Origin: an uncultured Gemmatimonadales bacterium
Lineage (GTDB): Bacteria; Gemmatimonadota; Gemmatimonadetes; Gemmatimonadales; GWC2-71-9
Length of the DNA stretch: 64,000 bases
Reading direction: 5' to 3'
NCBI GenBank assembly: GCA_963730185.1
Contig: CAVSQW010000002.1
Coordinates: 160,001 to 224,000 of the forward strand
In this document: positions 47,799 through 58,692 of the stretch, piece by piece
Layout: each line of letters opens with the position of its first letter
Numbering within the stretch: position 1 is the stretch's first letter
Notes under the pieces: model-generated
Seen by the model: the letters and a program-made list of their open reading frames with translations, nothing else
The model's database searches: none
Told to the model about the DNA's origin: nothing
Program-made: the position numbers and the translations under genes

Positions 47799-50345
47799 AT
47801 GCGGCCCGAGGACTGGCAGCGGCTCGATCTCATCTTTCACCACCTCCTGACCCTGGCGGCCGACGCCCGTCAGGCGTATCTGGACGCGGCCTGCGCCGGT
47901 GACGCCGAGCTGCGGTCGGAGGTCGAGGCGGTGCTGGCGGCCCATCTGGCCAGCGGCGGCAGCGAGGACCAGCTCTTGACCGGGGTGCCGGCGCCGCCGG
48001 AGCCGGGCAGCCTGGTCGGTGCTCGGATCGGCCACTATCGCCTCGAGGAGAGGGTCGGCCGGGGCGGCATGGGTGAGGTATACCGCGCCCGGCGGACGGA
48101 CCACGAGTACGAGCGCCAGGTGGCGATCAAGGTGGTACGAGCCGGCCGGGACAGTGCCGAGATGATTCGCCGGTTCAGGATCGAGCGCCAGATCCTGGCC
48201 CGTCTCGAGCACCCGAATATCGCCACCCTGCTCGACGGCGGCCTGACCGAGGCGGGTCAGCCGTACCTGGTCATGCCGTTCGTCGGCGGCGCGCCGATCA
48301 CCGCCTACGCCGATCAGCGTCGCCTCGGCCTCGCGGAGCGCCTCGCCCTCTTCGGCACGGTGTGCGACGCCGTCCAGTTCGCCCACGCCAACCTGGTGGT
48401 CCACCGCGACATCAAGCCATCCAACGTTCTGGTGACCGACGAGGGCCAGGTGCGGCTGCTCGACTTCGGGATCGCGAAGCTCTTGAGTCCGGCCGATTTC
48501 GGCACGACGGCGGCGACCACCACCGGCGATCTGCTGCTGCTCACGCCCGAGCATGCGGCGCCGGAGCAGTTCCTGGGCGATCCGGTCACCACCGCGACCG
48601 ACGTCTACGGCCTCGGCGTCCTGCTCTACGAGTTGCTGGCCGGGGTCCGGCCGTTCCAATTCGTGCCGCCGCTGGAGCTCCATCGGGCGGTGTGCGAGCG
48701 GGATCCGGCGCGGCCGAGCCGTGCGCTGCTGGAGCCGCTGCCGCGGGAGGCGGGTAATCCGGCGCCGGTTGCTCGCGCTGCCGCCCGAGGGAGCGATCCG
48801 GCCACGCTGGCGCGGGGCGTCCGGGGTGACCTCGACGCCATCGTGCTCAAGGCCCTCCGGAAGGAGCCCGCCCGGCGCTATGCCTCCGCCGGCCAGCTGG
48901 CCGAGGACGTGACCCGGTACCTCGAGGGGCAGCCGGTCATCGCCCGGCCGGACCGACTCGGCTACCGGGTCCGGAAGTTCGTCCGGCGGAACCGGCTGGC
49001 CGTGGCGATGGCCGCATTGGCCGCGGTGCTGCTCATCGGAGCCGGGGGGCTCACGGCCCGGCAGTCGCGCCGCCGGGCGGTGGCGCTGGCCCAGGCCGAG
49101 GCCGAGCGAGCCCAGGCGACCCGGGTAACGGAGTTCATGATCGGCGTGTTCCGGGCCAGCGATCCGGCGGCGATGCAAGGGCGGACGGTGACCGCGCGGG
49201 AGCTCCTGGACCGGGCGGCGGATCGGGTGGCCAAGGAGTTCGGGGCCACCAACCCGGCCCGGGCCGACATGGAGGTCGCGATCGGGCGGGCGTATCTCGC
49301 CCTCGGACTCTTCGAGCCGGCGAGCACGATCCTCGACGATGCGGTGGCGGTCCGCCAGGGCGCCCGGGTCGTGGATTCCGTCACCTTGGCGGCCGCCCTG
49401 GTCTGGTCCGGTCGGGCGGAAGCCGCGGCGGGTCGGGTGGACTCGGGGGTCGGTCGGGAAGCGCGGGCGCTCGCCATCCAGGAGCGTCGGTTGGGGTCGG
49501 CCGATCCGGTGCTGGCGGGCACCCTGCTCCAGCTGGGCAAGATGTACCGGCAACGCGACTTCAGGGACCGGCTGGACTCGGCCAAGATGGCGCTGGACCG
49601 GGCGCTCGCCATAGAGCGGGCGGGGCCGGACTCGGACCAGCGGGTGATCGCCGATATCCTCCGCACCCGCGGCGTCAACGCCATGGACCGGGGCCACGAC
49701 ACCACCAGCCTGGCAGACCTCCGGGAGGCGGTAGCCGTGGGCCGGGCGGCCGTCGGGGACGACGACCCCTCCATGTTCAACATCTACGAGGACCTGGCCC
49801 TGGGCTACTCGGCCGCCGGCAAGGTCGACTCGGCGATCGCCATCCACCGCCGCCTGCTGGCCGCCCGCGAGCGGATCTTCGGGCCCGATCACATGGACGT
49901 CTCGTACAGCGTCTACAACCTGGCCCGCGAGCTGGGCCGGGCCAAGAGGTTCGACGAGGCGCTGCCCCTTTTCCGCCGGGTCGTGGAGATGCGCCAGCGG
50001 CTGGCCGGCCCGAATCACTACACCGTCTGCTTCGCGCTCCACAGCTATGCCGTCGCCACCGCCCAATCGGGCGACCTGGCCGGCTCGGCGGAGCTCTTTC
50101 AGCGGGCGGCCAAGCTTTGCGAGGCCGCGCGGGGCCCTCGTGACAGCGTCACCCTCGATGCCGTCGAGGGCCTGGCGATCGTCCGGGCCATGCAGCACCG
50201 TGACGGCGACGCCCTGACGGCCCTCGAGACCGCGGTGAGTCGGGGCTACGACCGGGTGGCCCGGTTGAAGCAGCCTCCGTTCGACCGATTGGCGGGGAAT
50301 CCTCGCTTCCAGCGCCTGCTCGGACGCCTGGCGCCAAGCCGTTAG
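47799..50345 (+). CDS. Membrane Ser/Thr protein kinase with TPR repeats
   Basis: GRGGMGEVY, VAIK, HRDIKPSN, DFG, APE, one TM, TPR-like helical repeats. Confidence 0.92.
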   Translation: MRPEDWQRLDLIFHHLLTLAADARQAYLDAACAGDAELRSEVEAVLAAHLASGGSEDQLLTGVPAPPEPGSLVGARIGHYRLEERVGRGGMGEVYRARRTDHEYERQVAIKVVRAGRDSAEMIRRFRIERQILARLEHPNIATLLDGGLTEAGQPYLVMPFVGGAPITAYADQRRLGLAERLALFGTVCDAVQFAHANLVVHRDIKPSNVLVTDEGQVRLLDFGIAKLLSPADFGTTAATTTGDLLLLTPEHAAPEQFLGDPVTTATDVYGLGVLLYELLAGVRPFQFVPPLELHRAVCERDPARPSRALLEPLPREAGNPAPVARAAARGSDPATLARGVRGDLDAIVLKALRKEPARRYASAGQLAEDVTRYLEGQPVIARPDRLGYRVRKFVRRNRLAVAMAALAAVLLIGAGGLTARQSRRRAVALAQAEAERAQATRVTEFMIGVFRASDPAAMQGRTVTARELLDRAADRVAKEFGATNPARADMEVAIGRAYLALGLFEPASTILDDAVAVRQGARVVDSVTLAAALVWSGRAEAAAGRVDSGVGREARALAIQERRLGSADPVLAGTLLQLGKMYRQRDFRDRLDSAKMALDRALAIERAGPDSDQRVIADILRTRGVNAMDRGHDTTSLADLREAVAVGRAAVGDDDPSMFNIYEDLALGYSAAGKVDSAIAIHRRLLAARERIFGPDHMDVSYSVYNLARELGRAKRFDEALPLFRRVVEMRQRLAGPNHYTVCFALHSYAVATAQSGDLAGSAELFQRAAKLCEAARGPRDSVTLDAVEGLAIVRAMQHRDGDALTALETAVSRGYDRVARLKQPPFDRLAGNPRFQRLLGRLAPSR

Positions 50346-50387
50346 ACCGACCAGCGGGGGGCGAAACGGCCCGTTAGGTTTCGGGCG

Positions 50388-51686
50388 ATGGAGTCCTCCA
50401 CCTCGCGCCCGTCGATGCGGTCCCCCTTGCCCCAGATGGACCGGGTCCGGCCGCCGCCGTTCCGGTTGCCGGGCCTCCATTTCGTCTCGGCGATCGTCTG
50501 GCTCCTGACGCTGGCGGCCCTCCTGCCGCTGATCGCGCCCGGCCTGGCGCGCGGGCAGGCGCTCGACCCGCTGGTCTTCGCGACCGTCCACACCGCCGTG
50601 CTCGGGGTGATGGGCTCGGCCATCTTCGGGGCGCTCTATCAGTTCGTGCCCGGCGGCCTCGACGTGGCGCTTCGGAGCGTCCGGGTGGGCGAGATCGGTC
50701 TCGGTCTCTACCAGCTCGGCGTGCTGCTCCTGGTGGTGGGGTTCGGGGTCTGGACCGGTGGTCTCCAGCTGGTGGGCTGGGTCCTGATTTTCCTGGCGGT
50801 AGGAGCGGTCTCCTACAACGTGCTCCCGGCCCGGCGGCGCTCGCCCCACGGCAAGCTGGTGGGGCTCTTCATCACGGCCGCGCACTCGGCCCTCGGGTTG
50901 GCGATGGCCATCGGCCTGGCCCGGATCGGCGAGACCATGGGCTGGTGGCACGTGGACCGGCTCGGCCTGATTGCGGCGCACGTCCTGCTCGGCGTGGTCG
51001 GGTTCGGGAGCCTCACCGCGATCGGAGTCGGCAGCCGGATGCTCCCGACCTTCCTGGTGGCCCAGGGCCCGGACGACTCGCGCCTTCGGGTCGTTCTGTG
51101 GACCACGAGCATCGCCCTGGTGGGGTACGCCGTTGGTGCCGTGTTCGGCTGGGCGACCGTCATCCTGATCGGCGGAGTGGGGCTGCTCGCGGCCGGACTC
51201 CTGATGGTCGACCAGCTGACCCGCTGGTTCCGCCGCCGGCAGCGCGCCCTGGACGAGCCGCTCCGCCAGGTGGCCGCCTCGGCCGTTTTTCTCGGCCTGG
51301 CGATCGTCTGGGGCGCCTGGCTCGTGCTCGGCGACGGGTTCCAGCTCCGGCGTTGGAGCGCGTTCGTCATCCTGGCGGTGCTCGGCTGGCTCCTGATGCT
51401 GGTGATCGGGGTGATGGCCAAGATCGTCTCGCATCTGAGCTACATCCATCTCTTCACCCGGATGCCCGGTTTCGCCGCGATTGGCAATCCGAATCTTCTC
51501 CTCCGGAGCGACTGGATGCGGGTCTCGTGGGTGGCCCTCGGGGCCGGCGTCGTGGTGCTGGCGGCCGGGGTGGAGCTGGGCTCGCCGCCGGTGGCGCTGG
51601 TCGGTGCGGGGGTCTGGACGCTGGGTTCGCTCGTGACCGGGGCCAACTACGGCCGGATGGTGTGGGTGGGACGTAACCCGCGATGA
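50388..51686 (+). CDS. Polytopic membrane protein with repeated His-x3-LG helices
   Basis: About 12 TM segments, VHTAVLG...GALYQFVP and AHVLLG..G...GVGSRMLPTF. Start uncertain. Confidence 0.75.
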   Translation: MESSTSRPSMRSPLPQMDRVRPPPFRLPGLHFVSAIVWLLTLAALLPLIAPGLARGQALDPLVFATVHTAVLGVMGSAIFGALYQFVPGGLDVALRSVRVGEIGLGLYQLGVLLLVVGFGVWTGGLQLVGWVLIFLAVGAVSYNVLPARRRSPHGKLVGLFITAAHSALGLAMAIGLARIGETMGWWHVDRLGLIAAHVLLGVVGFGSLTAIGVGSRMLPTFLVAQGPDDSRLRVVLWTTSIALVGYAVGAVFGWATVILIGGVGLLAAGLLMVDQLTRWFRRRQRALDEPLRQVAASAVFLGLAIVWGAWLVLGDGFQLRRWSAFVILAVLGWLLMLVIGVMAKIVSHLSYIHLFTRMPGFAAIGNPNLLLRSDWMRVSWVALGAGVVVLAAGVELGSPPVALVGAGVWTLGSLVTGANYGRMVWVGRNPR

Positions 51687-51892
51687 CCTTCCAGATCCCG
51701 GGCCCGAACGACTGCTTCCTGACCGGCTTCTGCGGCGCCGCGCGTGACCAGGTGGGGCCGCCGCCGGGCCTGATGTTCCTGGCCCTCGGGTTGATCGGTC
51801 TCGGGGTGGCGATCCTGGTTGCCGAGCGGCGCCGAACCGCCGCCGGCCGTCGGGGCGGGGAGGACCGGGAAGACCTCCACCGCGAGAGGTGA
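51683..51892 (+). CDS. Small single-TM protein
   Basis: ATGA overlap with upstream gene, C-x5-C, Pro-rich segment, TM helix, RRR tail. Confidence 0.5.
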   Translation: MTFQIPGPNDCFLTGFCGAARDQVGPPPGLMFLALGLIGLGVAILVAERRRTAAGRRGGEDREDLHRER

Positions 51893-52180
51893 CTCCGGCC
51901 CGAGTCGGCCGACAAGTCGCGGCTTCATCATCCTCTTGCAGCGGGTGCGGCCACGAGCCTCCGGCGGCGCCGCCGCTTGCCGAGGGCGGGGCCTGCATCG
52001 GGCTCAACTCGCGGCGCCCGACGCACATCGCCCGGCCGGCCGATTCCAGCGGCGCGATCGCCGCGAACGACGGATTCAGGCCCGGCATGGGCTCGAGCCC
52101 AAGTCCGGCCGAAGTCCCATAAGCCGACCCAGCGCAACCGTTTGCGCCATTATTCGGCGCCCGCCAGCGATTTCGGGGAA

Positions 52181-52209
52181 TTGACAGAACCTGGGGCCGC
52201 CCGCATTCT
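52181..52209 (+). promoter_or_regulatory. Sigma-70 promoter of topA
   Basis: TTGACA-N17-CATTCT. Confidence 0.65.
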
Positions 52210-52298
52210 GTTGGCCCTGACGGAGCCAGGGGCACCACGATTGCAGCGGCGCCTCCGCCGGCCCTCGTGTCCCCGACTCCAGCAGCTGAAAGGAAGGC

Positions 52299-55067
52299 AT
52301 GGCCAGCCTCGTCATCGTCGAATCGCCTACCAAGGCGCGTACCATTCGGGAGTTCCTCCCGCGCGGATATAAGGTCGTGGCGTCGATGGGGCACATCCGG
52401 GACCTCCCCGATCGGGCTTCCGACATCCCCGCCAAGTTCAAGGGCGAAGAGTGGAGCCGCCTCGGCGTCAACGTGGAGAAGGCGTTCGAGCCCCTCTACG
52501 TCATCCCGTCGGACAAGCGCCAGGTGGTGCGGGAACTCAAGGCGGCTCTCGAAGATGCCGACGAGCTGATCCTCGCGACGGACGAAGACCGGGAGGGCGA
52601 GAGCATCTCCTGGCATCTGACCCAGGTGCTGAAGCCCAAGGTTCCGGTCAAGCGAATGGTCTTCCACGAGATCACTCGCGAGGCGATCCGCGACGCGCTG
52701 GCCGATACCCGGACGATCGACGACAAGCTGGTGCGCGCCCAGGAAACCCGGCGTGTCCTCGACCGCCTCTATGGTTACACGCTGTCGCCGCTGCTTTGGA
52801 AGAAGATCGCGTACGGGCTGTCGGCCGGTCGGGTCCAGTCGGTGGCGGTCCGGCTCCTGGTCATGCGGGAGCGCGAGCGTCGGGCCTTCCGGCCGGCGAC
52901 CTATTGGGACCTCAAGGCCACGCTGTCGCACGACGATCAGGACTTCGAGGCGCAGCTGACCGCGCTGGGGGGCCGGAAGATCGCGAGCGGCAAGGACTTC
53001 GACGAGCGCACGGGGAAGCTGGAAGCGGGAAGGATGTGGTCCTCCTCCACGGGGCCGGCGGCCGAGTCGTTGGTGGAGCGGCTCCGGCGGGGCAGCTGGC
53101 GGGTCAGGGCGGCGGAAGAGAAGCCGTTCGTCCGGCGGCCCGCGCCGCCCTTCATCACCTCGACGCTCCAGCAGGAGGCCAATCGGAAGCTCCGGCTCTC
53201 GGCCCGGGAGACGATGCGGGCGGCGCAGAAGCTCTACGAAGAGGGCTTCATCACCTACATGCGAACCGACTCGGTTCACCTCTCTACCCAGGCGCTCACC
53301 GCGGCCCGGGAGTCGGTGGACCGGCTCTACGGTAAGGCCTATCTGCCCGAGAAACCCCGGAACTACGTCACCAAGAACGCGTCGGCGCAGGAGGCCCACG
53401 AGGCCATCCGTCCCGCCGGCGAGCACTTCCGGACGCCGGAAGAGACCGGCCTCGGCGGCCGCGAGCTGGCGCTCTACGACCTGATCTGGAAGCGGACCGT
53501 CGCGTCGCAGATGCCGGACGCCCGGCTCACCAGCATGGCGGTGACGCTCGAGGTCGAGAACGCCACCTTCCGCGCCTCGGGCAAGCGGATCGACTTCCCA
53601 GGCTTTCTCCGGGCCTACGTCGAGGGGTCGGACGATCCCGACGCCGCGCTCGAGGATCAGGAGGTGATCCTGCCCAACCTCGAGGTCGGCGACGAGCCGG
53701 CCTGCCGCGAGCTGGAGGCGGTGTCGCACGAGACCCAGCCGCCGGCCCGGTTTACGGAGGCGAGCCTGGTCAAGGAGCTCGAGGCCGACGGGATCGGCCG
53801 ACCCAGCACCTACGCCAGCATCATCGACACCGTGATCGACCGGGGCTACGTCCAGAAGCAGGGGCAGGCCCTGGTGCCGACCCTGACGGCGTTCGGGGTG
53901 ACCAATCTGCTGGAGCATCACTTCCCGGAGCTGGTCGACCTCAAGTTCACGGCCGGGATGGAGCAGACCCTCGACGACATCTCGGAGGGCCACGCCCAGT
54001 GGCTGCCGTACCTGGAGGAGTTCTACCTCGGGCGGGACGGGCTCCGGCAGCGGGTCGAGACCCGGGAAAAGAAGATCGATCCCGCCGATGCCCGCACCGT
54101 GCCGCTCTCCGGCCTCGATCGGGCGAGCATTCGGCTGGGCCGGTTCGGACCGTACGTCGAGGTGGCCCGGAACGGCGAGACGCTCCGGGCCTCGCTGCCG
54201 CGGGACACGCCCCCGGCCGAGCTGAGCGTCGAGCGGATCGAGGAGATTCTCCGGCGAAAGGCCGAGGGGCCCGAGATCGTCGGGCACCATCCCAAGACCA
54301 ACGAAGCCATCCTCCTGCTCGACGGTCAGTACGGCCCCTACGTCCAGCTGGGGACGGTCACCGACTCGAATCCGAAGCCCAAGCGGGCCTCGCTCCCCAA
54401 GGGGGTCAAGCCCGAAGACGTGACCCTCGCGATGGCGGTCGGGCTCCTCGCGCTGCCCCGGTTCCTCGGGATGCACCCCGAGAACGGCGGGAAGATCTTC
54501 GCGGGGCAGGGACGGTTCGGCCCGTACATCGTCAACGACATGGGCACGCCCGGGAAGGACTACCGGTCGCTCAAGGGCGACGATCACGTGCTCACGGTCA
54601 CGTTGGATCGGGCGCTCGAGTTGCTGGCCCAACCCAAGCAGAGCCGGGGCCGCCGGGGCGCCCCCGCGCCGATCCGGGTGGTGGGGAGTCACCCCGAAGA
54701 CGGCGAGCCGATCGGGCTCTACGACGGCCGCTACGGACCCTACGTGAAGCACGGCGAGATCAGCGCCTCGGTGCCGAAGGGCACCGAGCTGGAGAAGATC
54801 ACGGTGGAGGAAGCGGTCGACTGGATCGCGGCCCGCGCCGCGATGCAGCCGGCCAAGAAGGGCGCCCGTCGGGGGGCGGCGCGGGGCACCCGCGCCAAGG
54901 CCTCGACCGGGTCGGAAACCGAGAGCCCGGCCAAGGCCAAGAGCAAGACCCGGTCGAAGGCCAAGACGAAGGTGAAGGACCCGGACCCGATGACCAGCAA
55001 GGTCAAGAAGGCCAAGAGCGGCCGCCGCACCAAGGCCGCCACCCGCACGACTGGGCGCAAGGCCTAG
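52299..55067 (+). CDS. topA: DNA topoisomerase I with Toprim_C repeats and basic tail
   Basis: [44 protein letters not shown](F/Y)GPY repeats. Confidence 0.97.
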   Translation: MASLVIVESPTKARTIREFLPRGYKVVASMGHIRDLPDRASDIPAKFKGEEWSRLGVNVEKAFEPLYVIPSDKRQVVRELKAALEDADELILATDEDREGESISWHLTQVLKPKVPVKRMVFHEITREAIRDALADTRTIDDKLVRAQETRRVLDRLYGYTLSPLLWKKIAYGLSAGRVQSVAVRLLVMRERERRAFRPATYWDLKATLSHDDQDFEAQLTALGGRKIASGKDFDERTGKLEAGRMWSSSTGPAAESLVERLRRGSWRVRAAEEKPFVRRPAPPFITSTLQQEANRKLRLSARETMRAAQKLYEEGFITYMRTDSVHLSTQALTAARESVDRLYGKAYLPEKPRNYVTKNASAQEAHEAIRPAGEHFRTPEETGLGGRELALYDLIWKRTVASQMPDARLTSMAVTLEVENATFRASGKRIDFPGFLRAYVEGSDDPDAALEDQEVILPNLEVGDEPACRELEAVSHETQPPARFTEASLVKELEADGIGRPSTYASIIDTVIDRGYVQKQGQALVPTLTAFGVTNLLEHHFPELVDLKFTAGMEQTLDDISEGHAQWLPYLEEFYLGRDGLRQRVETREKKIDPADARTVPLSGLDRASIRLGRFGPYVEVARNGETLRASLPRDTPPAELSVERIEEILRRKAEGPEIVGHHPKTNEAILLLDGQYGPYVQLGTVTDSNPKPKRASLPKGVKPEDVTLAMAVGLLALPRFLGMHPENGGKIFAGQGRFGPYIVNDMGTPGKDYRSLKGDDHVLTVTLDRALELLAQPKQSRGRRGAPAPIRVVGSHPEDGEPIGLYDGRYGPYVKHGEISASVPKGTELEKITVEEAVDWIAARAAMQPAKKGARRGAARGTRAKASTGSETESPAKAKSKTRSKAKTKVKDPDPMTSKVKKAKSGRRTKAATRTTGRKA

Positions 55068-55196
55068 CACCACATCCAGCGGAGCGGGCCGGGCTCTCCG
55101 TGGCCCGGCCGTCGGGAGGCTCCTATTACGCCGCTGAACGGGACCTCGATCCCGCCTCGGGCTCCGGCGCCTCGTCGGGGCCGTCTCGCCGGAGGC

Positions 55197-57581
55197 GTGC
55201 TGGCCGCCGCGCTCATGGTCGCGGCCGATCAGGTCGGCCGGGCCACGACTCCGCCCGGAGCGGTGCCCGTCTGGTATCCGGCGGCGGGGGTGGTCCTCGC
55301 GCTGGTGGCGCTGGGGGGATGGCGAACCGTCTGGGTCACCATCCTCGCGGCTCTCGTCATCGGTCTCCTGCCGGGCGGGACCGGTCTACTCAACCTTCCG
55401 CTCCTGATCGCCCTGGCGGCCGCGGCCCACCTGCTGGTCGCCCTGGTCAATCGCGGCATTCTCCGACTGGACCTCGCCCTCGGGACGATGCGCGACGCGG
55501 TCGCGCTCGGACTCCTGTGCGTGATCGGGCCGGCCATCTTTCGGCTGCTGTCGCTGGCGGTGACCGGCTGTCTCTTCCATCCCGGTGCGGCTTGCGTCCA
55601 GCCCCAGTTCGAGCGCTGGCTGGCCGACCTCACCGGAGCCGCGACGGTCACCCCCTTCCTGCTCGCGTTCCCGGGTCTCCTGCCCGGGTTGGGCTCGCCC
55701 CGGCCCTTGCCGACCACCCCCGGCGCGTGGCGGCGGGGAGTTGCCGGGGTGGCCCTCGCCGTGGCGCTGGCCATCGGGATCATCGCGGTCGACGCCTCGC
55801 TCCCCAGTCACGCGATCTCGGTCCTCCTGTTCGTGCCGGTGGCCTGGATGGCCATCAGCCTGGACCTCCGGGGAGCGACCATCGGGCTCCTCCTCACCAC
55901 CCTGTTCTTTGCCGCCGCCGAGCGGACCGCCGGTCCCCTCCTGGGCTCGGAGCTGAGCGACCGAATCTTCCTGGTCGCCCTGAGCGGCGCCGGACTCATC
56001 CTCGGGCTGCTCGCCGAGCACCGGAACCGGGTCGAACGGCAGCTCCGGCTCAGCAAGGCCCGCTACCGGCTGATCGCCGACCACTCCGGCGACGTCGTCG
56101 TGCTCCTCGATCAGGCCCGGATGTGCCGCTACGTGTCGCCCTCGATCGAGGCCCTGTTCGGCTGGCGGCCCGAGGAGATCGCCGACCAGCCGCTCGCCGG
56201 GATTCTCCATCCTGACGACGCCCAGCGACTGCCGTCGCTCCTCGCGCCCCAGAGCGGCGAACCGGTCCTCATCCGGGTCCGCGGGGCGGACGACGAGTAT
56301 CGGTGGGTGGAGTGGACCGTCCGCCCGTTCGCCGATCCGGCCCGGCCCGCGGAGCAGCTGCTGGTGGTCACCGGGCGCGACGTGACCGATCGGCAGCGTC
56401 TCGAAGAGACGCTCCGTCAGTCGCAGAAGCTCGAGAGCGTCGGGAGGCTGGCCGGCGGGATCGCCCACGACTTCAACAATCTGCTCACCGCCGTGTTGGG
56501 CCACGCCGACCTGCTCGAGAGCGAGCCTGGGGTGAGCGGGCCGATCACCGAGCACGTGACCGAGATCCGCCGCGCGTCGGAGCGGGCGGCTCAGCTCACC
56601 CGGCAGCTCCTGGCCTTTGCCCGGCGGCAGCCGGCGGAGCCTCGGGCCGTGAGCTCGGGGCCGACCCTCGTTGGGGTGGAAGGGCTTCTGGGCCGGCTGC
56701 TGGGCGAGGACGTCCGGTTCACCACCCGGCTGGCCGGCGACCTCTGGGCGGTGCGGGTGGATCCGGTGCAGCTCGAGCAGGTGCTGGTCAACCTGGCGGT
56801 CAACGCCCGGGACGCGATGCCCGACGGCGGCCAGCTGGTGATCGCGGCCGAGAACGCCACCGTAACCCGGGGACGGAGCGCCCCACCCGGGCTCGAGCCC
56901 GGCGAGTACGTGGAGATCCGGGTTCGGGACACCGGCCAAGGCATGGCGCCGGAAGTACTGGACCGGGCGTTCGAGCCCTTCTTCACCACCAAGGAAGTGG
57001 GGAAGGGAACCGGGTTGGGTCTCGCCGTCTGCCACGGCATCGTGCGGCAGGCCGGTGGGCAGATCCTGGCTGAGAGTGAGGTCGGGGTCGGAACCGCGGT
57101 CCGGGTGTTCCTGCCGCGGGCCGGCTTCGCGGCCGAGCCGGAGCCGGCGATCCCCGATCGGCTGGCCGCGCCGGGCACTGGCGAGACCATCCTCCTGGTG
57201 GAAGACGAGGCTCAGGTCCGCCGCCTGGCGAGCCGGGTTCTCCGGGGCCGGGGCTACCGGGTGCTGGAGGCGGCGAATGGGCAACAGGCGCTCGAGCTGG
57301 CCGAGGCTCACACCGGGGTCATCGCTCTGTTGGTCTCGGACGTGGTGATGCCGGGGCTGTCGGGGCCCGTGCTCGCCGAGCGGCTGGAGCAGCGGCGCGG
57401 GGTGCTACCGGTGCTCTTCGTGTCCGGCTTTTCCGATAGCGGTCCGGCGGTTGCCAACGGGCGGACGGGACCGGCCGGATTCCTGCCCAAGCCCTACTCG
57501 CCGGACGTCCTGGCGGGGCGGGTCCGGGAGATGCTCGATCAGAGCTGCGCGGGGCGGCCGGCCGAGCGGGCCGTTACTTGA
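55197..57581 (+). CDS. MASE1-PAS hybrid histidine kinase with receiver
   Basis: PVWYPAAG MASE1-like TM region, PAS (YVSPS...LHPDD), AHDFNN, GTGLGL, REC SDVVMP. Confidence 0.9.
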   Translation: MLAAALMVAADQVGRATTPPGAVPVWYPAAGVVLALVALGGWRTVWVTILAALVIGLLPGGTGLLNLPLLIALAAAAHLLVALVNRGILRLDLALGTMRDAVALGLLCVIGPAIFRLLSLAVTGCLFHPGAACVQPQFERWLADLTGAATVTPFLLAFPGLLPGLGSPRPLPTTPGAWRRGVAGVALAVALAIGIIAVDASLPSHAISVLLFVPVAWMAISLDLRGATIGLLLTTLFFAAAERTAGPLLGSELSDRIFLVALSGAGLILGLLAEHRNRVERQLRLSKARYRLIADHSGDVVVLLDQARMCRYVSPSIEALFGWRPEEIADQPLAGILHPDDAQRLPSLLAPQSGEPVLIRVRGADDEYRWVEWTVRPFADPARPAEQLLVVTGRDVTDRQRLEETLRQSQKLESVGRLAGGIAHDFNNLLTAVLGHADLLESEPGVSGPITEHVTEIRRASERAAQLTRQLLAFARRQPAEPRAVSSGPTLVGVEGLLGRLLGEDVRFTTRLAGDLWAVRVDPVQLEQVLVNLAVNARDAMPDGGQLVIAAENATVTRGRSAPPGLEPGEYVEIRVRDTGQGMAPEVLDRAFEPFFTTKEVGKGTGLGLAVCHGIVRQAGGQILAESEVGVGTAVRVFLPRAGFAAEPEPAIPDRLAAPGTGETILLVEDEAQVRRLASRVLRGRGYRVLEAANGQQALELAEAHTGVIALLVSDVVMPGLSGPVLAERLEQRRGVLPVLFVSGFSDSGPAVANGRTGPAGFLPKPYSPDVLAGRVREMLDQSCAGRPAERAVT

Positions 57582-57625
57582 CCATCGATCGTAAGCTGCC
57601 TTAATTCAGCCGCTTACGAGTTCCC

Positions 57626-57713
57626 GGACAGGTGCTCGAGTGGTTGAAGAGGCACGCCTGGAAAGCGTGTATACGTCTCAAGCGTATCGTGGGTTCGAAT
57701 CCCACCCTGTCCG
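57626..57713 (+). tRNA. tRNA-Ser(GGA)
   Basis: GGACAGG/CCTGTCC acceptor, CACGC-CTGGAAA-GCGTG anticodon arm, long variable arm, TTCGAAT loop. Confidence 0.95.
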
Positions 57714-57767
57714 TTTAGAACCACCCTCCCGCCTCCGGCGTTATTAGGTTATCAGAGCGGAGGAGCC

Positions 57768-58685
57768 ATGCTGATCAAACGCCCGCCCGACATCCCGACC
57801 TGGGAAGTGACCGACGAGGGGCTCTACCTCAATCGCCGGGAGTGGTTGGCCGCGGCCGGCCTGACCATGGCGGCGGCCGCCGTCCCCTGGCGCGCCTGCG
57901 AGGCGCTGGGCCTCGGTCGCGGCCAGGGCGACGACAAGCCCACGCCGTACGACGTGGTGACTACCTACAACAATTTCTACGAGTTCGGTACCGGGAAGGA
58001 CGATCCGGCGGAGAATGCCCACACCCTCCGGCCCAGGCCGTGGAGCGTGACGGTGGAGGGCCCGGCCAAGATGACCGGCACCTTCGATGTCGACGACCTC
58101 CTCAAGGGCCTCCCGATCGTGGACCGGACCTACCGGATGCGGTGCGTCGAGGCCTGGTCGATGGTGGTGCCCTGGCGCGGCGTGCCGATGGCCGAGCTGA
58201 TGAAGCGGCTCGAGCCCGAGAGCAAGGCCAAGTTCGTGTCGTTCACGACCCTGCTCGATCCCGGGCAGATGCCGGGGCAACGGAGCCGGGTCCTCGACTG
58301 GCCCTACACCGAGGGCCTCCGGATGGACGAGGCGATGCACCCGCTGACCCTGATGGTCACCGGCGTGTACGGGAAGACGCTCCCGAACCAGAACGGCGCC
58401 CCGATCCGGCTGGTGGTGCCTTGGAAGTACGGGTTCAAGGGCGGGAAGAGCATCGTCAAGATCAGCTTCCTCGAGCAGAAGCCCGAGACCACCTGGCACC
58501 TGGCCGCGCCCGACGAGTACGGCTTTTACGCCAACGTCAATCCGACCGTGGACCACCCCCGGTGGAGTCAAGCCACCGAGCGGCGGCTGGGCGAGTTCTT
58601 CAAGCGGAAGACGCTGATGTTCAACGGCTACGCCGATCAGGTGGCAAGCCTCTACGGCGACATGGACCTCCGGGTCAACTTCTGA
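57768..58685 (+). CDS. msrP: Methionine sulfoxide reductase catalytic subunit (Mo)
   Basis: Tat-like [50 protein letters not shown]. Confidence 0.96.
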   Translation: MLIKRPPDIPTWEVTDEGLYLNRREWLAAAGLTMAAAAVPWRACEALGLGRGQGDDKPTPYDVVTTYNNFYEFGTGKDDPAENAHTLRPRPWSVTVEGPAKMTGTFDVDDLLKGLPIVDRTYRMRCVEAWSMVVPWRGVPMAELMKRLEPESKAKFVSFTTLLDPGQMPGQRSRVLDWPYTEGLRMDEAMHPLTLMVTGVYGKTLPNQNGAPIRLVVPWKYGFKGGKSIVKISFLEQKPETTWHLAAPDEYGFYANVNPTVDHPRWSQATERRLGEFFKRKTLMFNGYADQVASLYGDMDLRVNF

Positions 58686-58692
58686 GGCGCGT

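Noticed and set aside
47136..55073. 2645-aa minus-strand ORF and other long antisense ORFs (2050-5694, 7679-10162, 40766-43780)
   Set aside because: Shadow frames of high-GC genes. Only the last ~199 codons of the 2645-aa ORF (ECF sigma) are real.
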